From a virus (taxonomy: Duplodnaviria; Caudoviricetes), in the IMG/VR virus record IMGVR_UViG_3300010354_000080, positions 1,546 through 65,545 of that record: DNA of 64,000 nt. One strand, written 5' to 3'. Under the pieces are notes generated by a model. The model did no database searches, had not been told where the DNA came from, and saw only the letters and a list, made by a program, of their open reading frames with translations. Positions 21,000-29,486 of this stretch are shown one piece after another. Each line of letters opens with the position of its first letter. The stretch's first letter is position 1. A program made the translations under genes and the position numbers.

Positions 21000-21027
21000 T
21001 TGACAGCTTGCGAGCGTATGATATAAT
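21000..21027 (+). promoter_or_regulatory. host sigma70-type early promoter
   Basis: TTGACA-N16-TATAAT with extended TG, 9 nt before ATG 21037. Confidence 0.8.
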
Positions 21028-21036
21028 AGAGCTACT

Positions 21037-21624
21037 ATGATAGCCCTTCGCATGTCCCGTCCAGTCACAGCTGTTCTTCTAGGAGCCGATAGAGTCGGAA
21101 AATCCACAATCGTAAAAAATACGATTGATAGGTTCGGGCATAAGGACGTAGATGCCATTACTCTGCACTTCTCCGGTCCTCAACCCCACCACTCCTCCCC
21201 TATCCAGCAGTACATCGAGCCTTTTGAATCTGTGCTCGAGATGATGCCAGAGTTTGTAATCTGCGACAGGGGCTTTTCCGAGGTCTGCTTCTACGACGAG
21301 TTTCGTCGCCACACCACCATCAGCCCCCAGTGGGCTCAGTCCGCTGAATCGTACTTTCTAGAACGGAGCAGTCGCCTCCATGTATTCCTCGTGGAGAGGG
21401 ACTGGGAGTGGAGCGAACCCCACCACCTCGCAGAGGTCCTTGAGCAGTATCCAGATGCCACGGCTTGGTGGGTGAAGAATCAGATGAAGGCGAGAGAGGC
21501 CGAGCATCACGCCTACTACGATTACATGCATAACTACCTCAACCACTACTCACTTCTCCCGCACACAGTGATCCGTGATTCCGACATTGATTATAATTTG
21601 GTCGATCAGCTTATCGGTGTTTAA
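21037..21624 (+). CDS. deoxynucleoside monophosphate kinase (thymidylate-kinase-like P-loop)
   Basis: LLGADRVGKST P-loop; VICDRGFSEVCFY equals the TMK-family DR motif. Confidence 0.7.
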   Translation: MIALRMSRPVTAVLLGADRVGKSTIVKNTIDRFGHKDVDAITLHFSGPQPHHSSPIQQYIEPFESVLEMMPEFVICDRGFSEVCFYDEFRRHTTISPQWAQSAESYFLERSSRLHVFLVERDWEWSEPHHLAEVLEQYPDATAWWVKNQMKAREAEHHAYYDYMHNYLNHYSLLPHTVIRDSDIDYNLVDQLIGV

Positions 21625-21654
21625 AGATAATCGACTAGACCCCACTTCGGTGGG
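21619..21654 (+). promoter_or_regulatory. late promoter GTTTAAAG plus 5' leader cUUCGg hairpin
   Basis: GTTTAAAG at 21619-21626; CCCAC-TTCG-GTGGG at 21641-21654. Confidence 0.6.
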
Positions 21655-21686
21655 CTTCCCATCCCACTTAGAAGTATTACTTCACT

Positions 21687-22418
21687 ATGGCTAATATCCT
21701 TAACGAAGGTCTGTACCGCACTCTCGGGATCCAGTTCGAGTACAAGATTAAACTTCAGGAATTTCTGAACGAGGCCCGTACCGACTCGCTGGTATCCTCA
21801 TACACATCCGGATCCAACACAGCGGCCGCTCGCCTGGCGCTCTACAACAGCTTCGTTAAGGCGGGACCCACTATGGGCTTCGAGGCCAAGAAAGCCGCTT
21901 ATAACCTTCTCAACTATATTGTCGCTGCTCTGAACGCCAGCGCCGACGTCCCCGCCGCTGACAAGACGACTCTGACCGATCTGCTGGGCGATGTGACTCG
22001 CTATGTTGGCATGGAGGGCGAGGAGGATTTTCACTTCATGGTTGCCACCTTCAACCTGGCCGAAGTGATCTCCGGAGTCATCGCTGAGGTAGTACCCGCT
22101 CCTCAGGCACCCACCGGCGGCCTGGTAACTCTGACTCTTGAGAAGCAGGGAAGTGGCTATACGACTGATGGCACGGCTACCTCCGGCACGGTATCGATCC
22201 TGATCGAGTCGACTGAGACAACCAATCCAGCCGGTTACGCCGCTGCTGAGGCCACTGCCACTCTCACATCGGGTAAAGTCACAGCGATTGGAGCCATTAC
22301 TCTCGCCGGAGATGGATTCGAGGTCGGTCAGATTGTAGCTATTAATGTGGACACCGCAAATTCTGCCGGAGCCACACAAAAGACCGCGGCTCTGGCCAAA
22401 GTCACTGCCGTTGCCTGA
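21687..22418 (+). CDS. putative abundant virion protein (helical N-terminus, Ala/Thr-rich beta C-terminus)
   Basis: 243 aa with biased codon usage; QGSGYT and AGDGFEVGQ motifs; late promoter upstream. Confidence 0.55.
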   Translation: MANILNEGLYRTLGIQFEYKIKLQEFLNEARTDSLVSSYTSGSNTAAARLALYNSFVKAGPTMGFEAKKAAYNLLNYIVAALNASADVPAADKTTLTDLLGDVTRYVGMEGEEDFHFMVATFNLAEVISGVIAEVVPAPQAPTGGLVTLTLEKQGSGYTTDGTATSGTVSILIESTETTNPAGYAAAEATATLTSGKVTAIGAITLAGDGFEVGQIVAINVDTANSAGATQKTAALAKVTAVA

Positions 22419-22430
22419 TAAGTATCCGAT

Positions 22431-24584
22431 GTGTCAAGTCTGTATCGCTGCAGGGCCCGTGTAGGCTATCGGCCATTCGGGTCCGATAAGCTTATCCTGT
22501 TCGACGAAAAGCAGATACAGGAGCTTAATGTAAAACTCAAGTGGCAGCCCGGCCTCATCAGGGGTAACGCTGATCGTTCCACAGAGGCCTCGGTTGCCAC
22601 TAACGTGCTGTCTCAGTCCACCTGCTCGGTGACGATCTCCGATCCATACCTGACAGGGCTAGCGTGGCCCGCTCTATTCGATTCCGCGAGCCTATATAGT
22701 CAGTCGACCATCTCCGCGGCTAACAACATAATCCTACCACCTTGCGCCGAGGGCCAGGACCCGTATGTTGACAAATGCTTTAAGTACGTCGATACGGAAA
22801 CCGATGAGACAGCAGGACTGGGAACACAGAATTTCGCCTTCCTACTCATATCACTATGGTACGACGTCAAGGGCACCTCATTCGGCACTGACTTCTACTT
22901 CAGGGTAAATGGCTTCTCTGTATCTCACGGCACGAAGTACCCCAGCGTAACAGTGCGAGGGGTCGAGGCGCGCTCTGTTCTATTCAATCAGTCCCTCGCA
23001 AATATGACACTCGAGGAGGGCGTGGAGATCGAGAAGGCGCTCAAGGACATGGCGGAGAAGCTGGGCTACTCCGTCTCATTCTGTGCTAACACCAACACCG
23101 AACCCGACAAGAAACGCTTGCTCCCTCGCGCTGTAAGATACACCGGAATAACAACCGATGAGGCCATCAAGAAGGTACTGAATTCTGTCGGGGGTAACAT
23201 GCTCTCCCTTCCCACACGGGAGTACGCAAACCGGATCTCGATGTGTACTCGTGGCGAAGTCAATCAGGGTTGCTCCGTATTCTATCTCGGTAAGGGCCTA
23301 TACGAAGGATACGAGATCTCTGGATCTCCAGAGCTTACACTGCTCGGTAAGAACTACGAGCAGGGATCAAAAGGAAATAACGCGGATCCGTACGCCTCCG
23401 AGGCCTTTAAAGCCTCAACGTATCTCATCGGGGATGTCACTCCGAATAAGCGCAAAAAGGCCATGGAGAAGGTTAAGAAGGTAGCTTTTCCTGAGTTATT
23501 CAAACCCGTACCCAAGCACATCAAAAAAACTCCCACAGCCACTGGGTACGTGTGGCGCGATGAGCAGTCCGCGTCCGGTAACACAAAGGGTATCCAGGTG
23601 ATCAACGAGGAGGCGTCTAAAATCCAGAAGGAAGGCCTGAACTTGTTTGGCATAGCACCCAACGGCACCACGGCCATCTCGTTTCTTAGCGGCGAAGTCC
23701 AGGAGGCCGATGAGAGGCAGGGAAGGGTGGTGGTTAAGACAAAATTCTCCCTGCAGATCTGCGAGAAGGAGGGGAGCCAGAAGTGCTTCTTTCGGCCGAT
23801 CCTTCAGGAGTCTACGAGCCTCTCGTCGGTTAAGGTGAAAGCAAAAGATAAGCTCGAGATCTCTCAGGAGATCGGGGCCTCAACGTCCGATAAGCCAGAG
23901 TTTACAAGGTTCTATATCCTTGGGCATAATGGAGCGTTCACCACTCTCAATCCAAAACTGGTGTGGAACTGGGCGTTTCCCGAAGAGGAGGTGCCTAAGC
24001 CCGAACAACCCGTGGTCTCCTCACAGCCCACTCAGGCAGCACCCGTGACCCCGGGCACTGTTGTGGGCAGAGTTGGTTCCACAGGGAACTCCTCCGGCCC
24101 CCATGTTCACATTCAGGAATCCACAGGGCGCACCCTGTCGGAAGCGCGGCTTCGCCAATTGGCCGGAAAGTACGTAACAGTTGCGGGAAAGTCCCTCACC
24201 TCGTATTCTCAGGGGGATGGATTTGGGGCCGGGAGAGGCCACGCTGGGCTTGACTACCCGATTAAAGAGGGGGAGCCTATCGGAGTAACAGGCAAGATCA
24301 TCGCCGCGGGACCAAACGTCGGAGGCAGCGGTTGCGGCAACGGCTTAGCCTTCCAACCTCCCGAAGGACCCGAGCTCCTAATCTGCCACCTTAAGGACAA
24401 CTCCATACCTCCCAACATCGCGGGAATGTCCGTCTCGTCGGGCGGAGGGAAGCCAGGGCAGGCCATACAGAGCTCGCCATCGGTGCAGGGCCTGACGCTC
24501 GAGACCAGCTTCAAGGGCGTGCCCAGAGCCCTACGTATCATCCCAGGTCGCACCATCCTGTCCTTCATCACCAACTACGATTAG
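22431..24584 (+). CDS. baseplate hub / tail protein (gpD/gp44-like) with M23 peptidase domain(s); ends at an in-frame TAG
   Basis: Hub-like N-terminus; GRVGSTGNSSGPHVH and HAGLDY..ICHL M23 motifs; the frame continues past TAG 24582-24584. Confidence 0.65.
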   Translation: MSSLYRCRARVGYRPFGSDKLILFDEKQIQELNVKLKWQPGLIRGNADRSTEASVATNVLSQSTCSVTISDPYLTGLAWPALFDSASLYSQSTISAANNIILPPCAEGQDPYVDKCFKYVDTETDETAGLGTQNFAFLLISLWYDVKGTSFGTDFYFRVNGFSVSHGTKYPSVTVRGVEARSVLFNQSLANMTLEEGVEIEKALKDMAEKLGYSVSFCANTNTEPDKKRLLPRAVRYTGITTDEAIKKVLNSVGGNMLSLPTREYANRISMCTRGEVNQGCSVFYLGKGLYEGYEISGSPELTLLGKNYEQGSKGNNADPYASEAFKASTYLIGDVTPNKRKKAMEKVKKVAFPELFKPVPKHIKKTPTATGYVWRDEQSASGNTKGIQVINEEASKIQKEGLNLFGIAPNGTTAISFLSGEVQEADERQGRVVVKTKFSLQICEKEGSQKCFFRPILQESTSLSSVKVKAKDKLEISQEIGASTSDKPEFTRFYILGHNGAFTTLNPKLVWNWAFPEEEVPKPEQPVVSSQPTQAAPVTPGTVVGRVGSTGNSSGPHVHIQESTGRTLSEARLRQLAGKYVTVAGKSLTSYSQGDGFGAGRGHAGLDYPIKEGEPIGVTGKIIAAGPNVGGSGCGNGLAFQPPEGPELLICHLKDNSIPPNIAGMSVSSGGGKPGQAIQSSPSVQGLTLETSFKGVPRALRIIPGRTILSFITNYD

Positions 24585-24587
24585 TGG

Positions 24588-25439
24588 GTGGAGCAGGGTA
24601 GGCCCGTGTCCATGGACCCCGGAGTGTGGATACCCGACCGTTTCAAGAACTGGTTTGTTAACGAGTGCGACTATAAGTGGAGAGATGGTGATCTCAGAAT
24701 ACAGCTAGAAGCGATCAATGCGTGGGGATTTACAAAAGTCTCATCTCCGACCTTCGATGCTTATCTCGAAGGCATGAGGAAGTCGGGCGATGCCAAAATC
24801 TCCAGAAACTACTACGACTATATCAGATCGATCGGTGATCTCAACTGGAAACTTCCTGACGGAAAGGACTCCACTGAGGTGTACTGTCCCGAGGCCCAGC
24901 AACTTAGCCAGGCTCTCAGCCAGGGAGGCGACTCCACCTCTCCGTCAAACACGCAAGGCTCGTACCCGCAAGGAGACTGTAGAACTGGGGATGCCACAAA
25001 AGATTCTATTATCAATGCTTTGTACTCGGCGGGTCTAAAAACCCCCAATGCTTTTGCTGGGGCGCTTGGTAACCTCCAGGAGGAGAGCGGATTTGACCCT
25101 AATGTCCATAATACGCCAAGGCAAGGTGTTACTTGTGTTACCGACTCTGGGGTACCGGAGAAATGCTATGGACTTGTTCAGTGGGGCGGGAGCCGAAAAG
25201 TTAGAGCCGTAGCAAAATGTGGCCAAACAAGCACACTGCAATGTCAGCTCGAGTTTGTTGTACAGGAGATAAAACAGCGTGGTGGTGGGCTGGTTGAGGA
25301 AATGAACGCGGCAAGCTCCGCATCGGCAGCAGCTGAGATCTGGAGACGTAAGTACGAGGTGGCGAGTGGCGGCATCGCAAAGAGGCAGCAGTTTGCCGAG
25401 CAAATCGTAAAGCAAATCAAATGCTCTAAACCTTTATGA
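24588..25439 (+). CDS. C-terminal part of the hub with phage tail lysozyme domain (probably one gene with 22431-24584)
   Basis: AGALGNLQEESGFDP, YGLVQWGGSR, QLEFVVQEI, AAEIWRRKYE match the Phage_lysozyme2 pattern; same frame as the upstream ORF. Confidence 0.75.
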   Translation: MEQGRPVSMDPGVWIPDRFKNWFVNECDYKWRDGDLRIQLEAINAWGFTKVSSPTFDAYLEGMRKSGDAKISRNYYDYIRSIGDLNWKLPDGKDSTEVYCPEAQQLSQALSQGGDSTSPSNTQGSYPQGDCRTGDATKDSIINALYSAGLKTPNAFAGALGNLQEESGFDPNVHNTPRQGVTCVTDSGVPEKCYGLVQWGGSRKVRAVAKCGQTSTLQCQLEFVVQEIKQRGGGLVEEMNAASSASAAAEIWRRKYEVASGGIAKRQQFAEQIVKQIKCSKPL

Positions 25440-26128
25440 TCTACAGAGCCATCGCTAGCGCTATAATGGGAGCTGTGCTCTCCAACTCCAAGAAGGAGGT
25501 CATGGAGATCGCCAAGAGGCAGGTCATGCAATCCCAGATGGAGGGAGCGAGGAAGGCGATGCTGGCTCACGTTGCCGAAAAGTACACAGAGGAGGTGGAG
25601 TATAATCTCTCTCAGTACATCAGGGCTCTGGGCGAATCGAGCGTCGAGATCGAGTTTAAGGGAAAGCCCGGCGAAGCGCTTATCATGCGTGCCGAAAGCG
25701 CCGTGAAGGAGCTCGAGGGGTACATAGAAGCCCAGAATCCCGACGGGGCAGTGATCCAATTCCTCAAGCGTAGGTACAAGGAGGAGGGTGTTCGCATCGT
25801 TTCCGGTAGGCTTTATGCCGGCCACTACGTCAACAGGCGTTCTCAAGGAATCTACGAGGTGGCCAATCGTATGGGCTACGCTGCAGCAGTTGATAAGAAA
25901 AAGCCCTGGTTGACAGGGCCAAAGACAACCGAGGGCATAGAGAATATAATCACCAACGCCGCTGTGGAGATATTTGAAGTGATGTTTGATGACGTAGATC
26001 TCAGCTCCGAACTCGCTGGGCTTAAATTCACCGGCGTTGGAGACCAACTCGCTGAGAATAGCGGGGCGGGGTTTGCCGCGCCGGAGCGCTCGCGTCCCAA
26101 GTCCTCGCGTAAGAAGAAGAAACGCTAA
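25436..26128 (+). CDS. hypothetical protein (possible neck/tail completion)
   Basis: 230 aa, 4-nt overlap with the upstream stop, basic C-terminal tail. Confidence 0.55.
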   Translation: MIYRAIASAIMGAVLSNSKKEVMEIAKRQVMQSQMEGARKAMLAHVAEKYTEEVEYNLSQYIRALGESSVEIEFKGKPGEALIMRAESAVKELEGYIEAQNPDGAVIQFLKRRYKEEGVRIVSGRLYAGHYVNRRSQGIYEVANRMGYAAAVDKKKPWLTGPKTTEGIENIITNAAVEIFEVMFDDVDLSSELAGLKFTGVGDQLAENSGAGFAAPERSRPKSSRKKKKR

Positions 26129-26823
26129 CCGTAGTATTTTGAACCCTTCTCCAGATTGGCTTTGGCGCTAAGCGCCTGGAGCTGAGCGTTCATCATATGG
26201 TAATCGAACCACGACTCGGCGAGATCGGTGTCTCTCATGTAGCATTTTGTTCCCCTACAGTATACATCGACTCTCTCCAGATCCACCTTCATCTCCCTGC
26301 ACCACTCCTCGACAAGGTTCTTGAAAGGATACCGGTGATCGATGTGAAACTCTCCAGAGTTGATAAACTCGCCACTTACGGCGCACTTTAGTGGTTTCTT
26401 TTTGAGCTGGCGGTTGACACTCAGACGGAACGTTTTGATCTGCGGATCGATGATCTGCCTCATCGCCACAAGAGCGTCCTTTTTATTTTGCTTGTACTCG
26501 GGTACCGCAACCTCTCGCGGGAACAGTTCATCCACGACTTTGCCCTTCCCCAGCCAGATCTCCCTCTTGGATTTAGAGGTGACCATCACAACGCCCCTCA
26601 CCGCTTTGCCCTGAAACTTCTTGCTGCGTATCTTGTACCGTACCGGTCCACGATCCTTTACCAGCTTCCACTTAGGAATCAGGTCTATGACGGAGCTGAT
26701 GAACTCCTCGTCGTCTCCCCTGACAAAGTAGTTACACTCTGTCGCGTTTGTTACTTCGCTCCACTTTTTCTCGAAGCCGCTTTTGGTGTAGGAATCTCCT
26801 TTGATGGCAATGGTCCGTCGCAT
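26125..26823 (-). CDS. DCL/DUF3223-like protein with HNH-like C-terminal motif
   Basis: CAVSG..FHIDHRYPFKNLVEEW..WFDYH..LQALSAKANL. Confidence 0.55.
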   Translation of the reverse strand: MRRTIAIKGDSYTKSGFEKKWSEVTNATECNYFVRGDDEEFISSVIDLIPKWKLVKDRGPVRYKIRSKKFQGKAVRGVVMVTSKSKREIWLGKGKVVDELFPREVAVPEYKQNKKDALVAMRQIIDPQIKTFRLSVNRQLKKKPLKCAVSGEFINSGEFHIDHRYPFKNLVEEWCREMKVDLERVDVYCRGTKCYMRDTDLAESWFDYHMMNAQLQALSAKANLEKGSKYYG

Positions 26824-27503
26824 AAAATAAACTCTATTAGCTGGTCCGAATACCGCCGGATATCATCGGCGTTTCTAAGGTGGGGGTTCTTACGAACAAT
26901 AGTGGAGACGCTTCTCTTCTTCACGAGGTAGTCGGTGAGGAACGTCTCGTCCTCAGGATCCAGGTCCGTGATCTTACACAACAGATCCTTATGGGATGTC
27001 ATCAGATCCCCCATGGTGAGATTCGTCTCGTAGTCAGGCTCGATCACGTTGGAGTACTCCGTAATCTGAGAGAAGCTCATGGAGAAAGCTTGGCGTACTG
27101 CCCGGACCTTCTTAACTGGGACCTGGATCTTTTCCGCGATCTCGTCGTCGGTTATGCTAGGATCCTGCAGAAGGTACTTCCTGATCTTCAGATAGAGATC
27201 GGAGTAGGAACGGGGGATTTTTACCAGGCGACTATTATCGCGTAGGTAGTTAAGCATGTGAAACTGCAGGCATCTATTCACCCAGGTGGAGAAGTTGGCG
27301 CCCTTGCTCTGGTCCCAGGAATCGTAGATACGAACAATGTACTCCAGCGCGGCGTCCCTGAGCTCCTCGTAAGGCAGCCCTGTAAAGCTCGAGATCTTGC
27401 GAGCTACTTGGTTGGCCTTCCACATCTGGGAGATAATCTGCTTATCCCGCTCCGTCTCTCTTCTGGACCCTCTGCGGGTCTCGGCGTTAAAGTTAAGATT
27501 CAT
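26751..27503 (-). CDS. phage RNA polymerase sigma factor (sigma70 family, group-3-like)
   Basis: Region 2 YEELRDAA..WDQSKGANFSTW..MLNYLRDNSRLVKIPR; region 3 TDDEIAEKIQVP; region 4 poorly conserved. Confidence 0.9.
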   Translation of the reverse strand: MNLNFNAETRRGSRRETERDKQIISQMWKANQVARKISSFTGLPYEELRDAALEYIVRIYDSWDQSKGANFSTWVNRCLQFHMLNYLRDNSRLVKIPRSYSDLYLKIRKYLLQDPSITDDEIAEKIQVPVKKVRAVRQAFSMSFSQITEYSNVIEPDYETNLTMGDLMTSHKDLLCKITDLDPEDETFLTDYLVKKRSVSTIVRKNPHLRNADDIRRYSDQLIEFILCDGPLPSKEIPTPKAASRKSGAK

Positions 27504-27820
27504 TTGCCAGGGGATTCTATAGCACCGATGATGAAGTCCTTGAGCTGAGTCTTAGCCAAGATCCCCTCGGTATTTATACCTAGAAGATCGGAGTCCTCGT
27601 CAAAAACGGCAAAGTTAGGAGTACCATCGCACTCGATCTGATCGCAAAACTTCCAATCGTCAGAAGTTACGTCCCATTCGCCAAACCCAATTGCGTAGTG
27701 CGGATACTCTTCCGCGAGTTCGTTAGCAGCTTCTGCCCATACGGGTTTCATCGTGTTACAGGCAACGCACCCCGGCTGCTGAAAGAAGACTACGCGGTGT
27801 TTGAATTGCTGATCTGTCAT
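27500..27820 (-). CDS. thioredoxin-like protein
   Basis: FFQQPGCVACNTMKPVW CxxC motif and GTPNF cis-Pro; start moved to MTDQQ, after a TGGTATAAT promoter. Confidence 0.85.
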   Translation of the reverse strand: MTDQQFKHRVVFFQQPGCVACNTMKPVWAEAANELAEEYPHYAIGFGEWDVTSDDWKFCDQIECDGTPNFAVFDEDSDLLGINTEGILAKTQLKDFIIGAIESPGK

Positions 27821-27838
27821 AGTTTGTATACTTGCAAG

Positions 27839-27860
27839 TAATACGTTACGTATTATACCA
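27839..27860 (-). promoter_or_regulatory. extended -10 promoter with overlapping palindrome
   Basis: Minus-strand TGGTATAAT; perfect inverted repeat TAATACGT-T-ACGTATTA at 27839-27855. Confidence 0.6.
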
Positions 27861-27872
27861 TATAAACTAACG

Positions 27873-29486
27873 TTACAGGTACCGTGTTGTCGTGGAGGAG
27901 CGTCCATGGCCCGCTCCTATCAGCCCGATGTCGCTGGAGATGCGCCGGCTCCCTCCTTGGTAGTAGGGGTCGTGGACAAGACGCGGAAGCCTACCTCTGT
28001 CTCCTCCGTGCACGGCTCTACCACCCATGATCTCATCACGGTACACGGTGACTCCGTACACAAAAGCATCGACAAAGTCGTCGTTTTTGATGAATGGGAA
28101 GGAGGTCAGCTCGGCAATACGCTCTGCTAGGTTGGGGAGATTCTCGTAGAGTGAGACGGCTCCGTCCTCGACAATGGGGGCGATAGCGTTGGCCCTTAGT
28201 ACCTTATCCTTGTTGGGCACCAGCTCCTTGATGGAGATATTCACGGTGCGTTTTAGTGTCTGGATAAGTGGGACACCTTGCGCTCTACCTTCGATGTAAA
28301 TGCATCGTATCTTCCACTGCTTGATGAGCTGGGGGAATATCTTCTCAAGATCCGGAAACTCCAGTCGCTCCAGAATGTAGTGGATGAGGTGGAGCTTGGT
28401 GTTCTTGCGATCGTACCCCCATATACATATCGCGGTAAAGTCATTCATCCTATCGGCTTTGTACGCGGTGTCGATAGTCGCGTAAATAAATCCGTACTTC
28501 CCGAGATTCTTCGAGTGGTAATCAAACCACACCTCCTTGAAGATAGCGCCTTGCTCGCCAGCGGGTCGACCCTGGTACAGTGAGTTAAAGTCCTTATCCC
28601 CGATGGACTTTTTGATAGCCTGCAGGTTCTGAACGGGGAAGAACTCAGGCCAGTGCGACTCGCCGAGCTTTCTGCCAAGAACGTCGTTTTCCTCATCGAC
28701 GCACAGAGCGGGCACGTTGAGCTCTCTCCAGCCTTCGGGGTCAGCCTTGAGCAACCTGCCGATCACATCGTCCACGTGAAACCTGGTTCCCATGGAGATA
28801 ATAGCGTGGTTGGGTAGACCACGAGTCAGGAACTGCGCCTGCGTCCAAGCAAACGTGCTCTCCATGATAGTCGCCGAGTTACCGTCCGCGAGAAGGTCAT
28901 CCAGCAGACCTACACCCGGTAGGTCTTCGTCGCTGATGACTCCAAAACCAAAACCCGTAACGTTACCACCGGCGGAGGCGATCTTAATAAGCCCACCGTT
29001 GTTATTTCTGATCGCGCTCAGATTGCATTTCTCGCGATCTATCTCGCACTCGGGAAAGATCCACTTAAACTGCTCGTGGGAGATATACTCGATAACCGCT
29101 CTTGAGTTCTCGTTGGTCAGCTGGAGAGCGTAGGAGCTCATGATAAACTGAGCGGTGGGGCTCCGGCCCATCTGCCAAGCTGGAAAGATCTTGGAGATGA
29201 GAAGCGATTTTCCCGTACGAGGAGGTAGGGAGATGGCCGATTGCTTATACGCGGGTTTACCATCCCCGATATTCTGCAGGAAATTTCCGATGATATTATG
29301 GACTTTGAATGGGGTAAATTTTCCCGCGATAGGCACCTCACTTGTGATGTAACGCGCGAAAGTCAAGAAGTCTGTTCTGCACTTAAGTCTGAGCAGCTCC
29401 TGCTTGTCGGATGCGGAGAGAGCTTTGAGGCTCTTCTCCATCTCCTTAACAGTTTGCTTCTCCGCTTTGAGCTCGGCCTTGTTCAT
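27873..29486 (-). CDS. terL: terminase large subunit
   Basis: ISLPPRTGKS, LLDDLL, MGTRFHVDDVIG, LYQGRP, IDTAYK..DFTA, KDKVLRA, FPFIKNDDFVDA; exact start uncertain (29486 or 29441). Confidence 0.93.
   Translation of the reverse strand: MNKAELKAEKQTVKEMEKSLKALSASDKQELLRLKCRTDFLTFARYITSEVPIAGKFTPFKVHNIIGNFLQNIGDGKPAYKQSAISLPPRTGKSLLISKIFPAWQMGRSPTAQFIMSSYALQLTNENSRAVIEYISHEQFKWIFPECEIDREKCNLSAIRNNNGGLIKIASAGGNVTGFGFGVISDEDLPGVGLLDDLLADGNSATIMESTFAWTQAQFLTRGLPNHAIISMGTRFHVDDVIGRLLKADPEGWRELNVPALCVDEENDVLGRKLGESHWPEFFPVQNLQAIKKSIGDKDFNSLYQGRPAGEQGAIFKEVWFDYHSKNLGKYGFIYATIDTAYKADRMNDFTAICIWGYDRKNTKLHLIHYILERLEFPDLEKIFPQLIKQWKIRCIYIEGRAQGVPLIQTLKRTVNISIKELVPNKDKVLRANAIAPIVEDGAVSLYENLPNLAERIAELTSFPFIKNDDFVDAFVYGVTVYRDEIMGGRAVHGGDRGRLPRLVHDPYYQGGSRRISSDIGLIGAGHGRSSTTTRYL

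Noticed and set aside
24582-24584. Genome-wide TAG reassignment (alternative genetic code)
   Set aside because: Long genes are intact in the standard code, and TAG ends several genes cleanly (37387, 43584, 52259, 57192); only one internal TAG was seen
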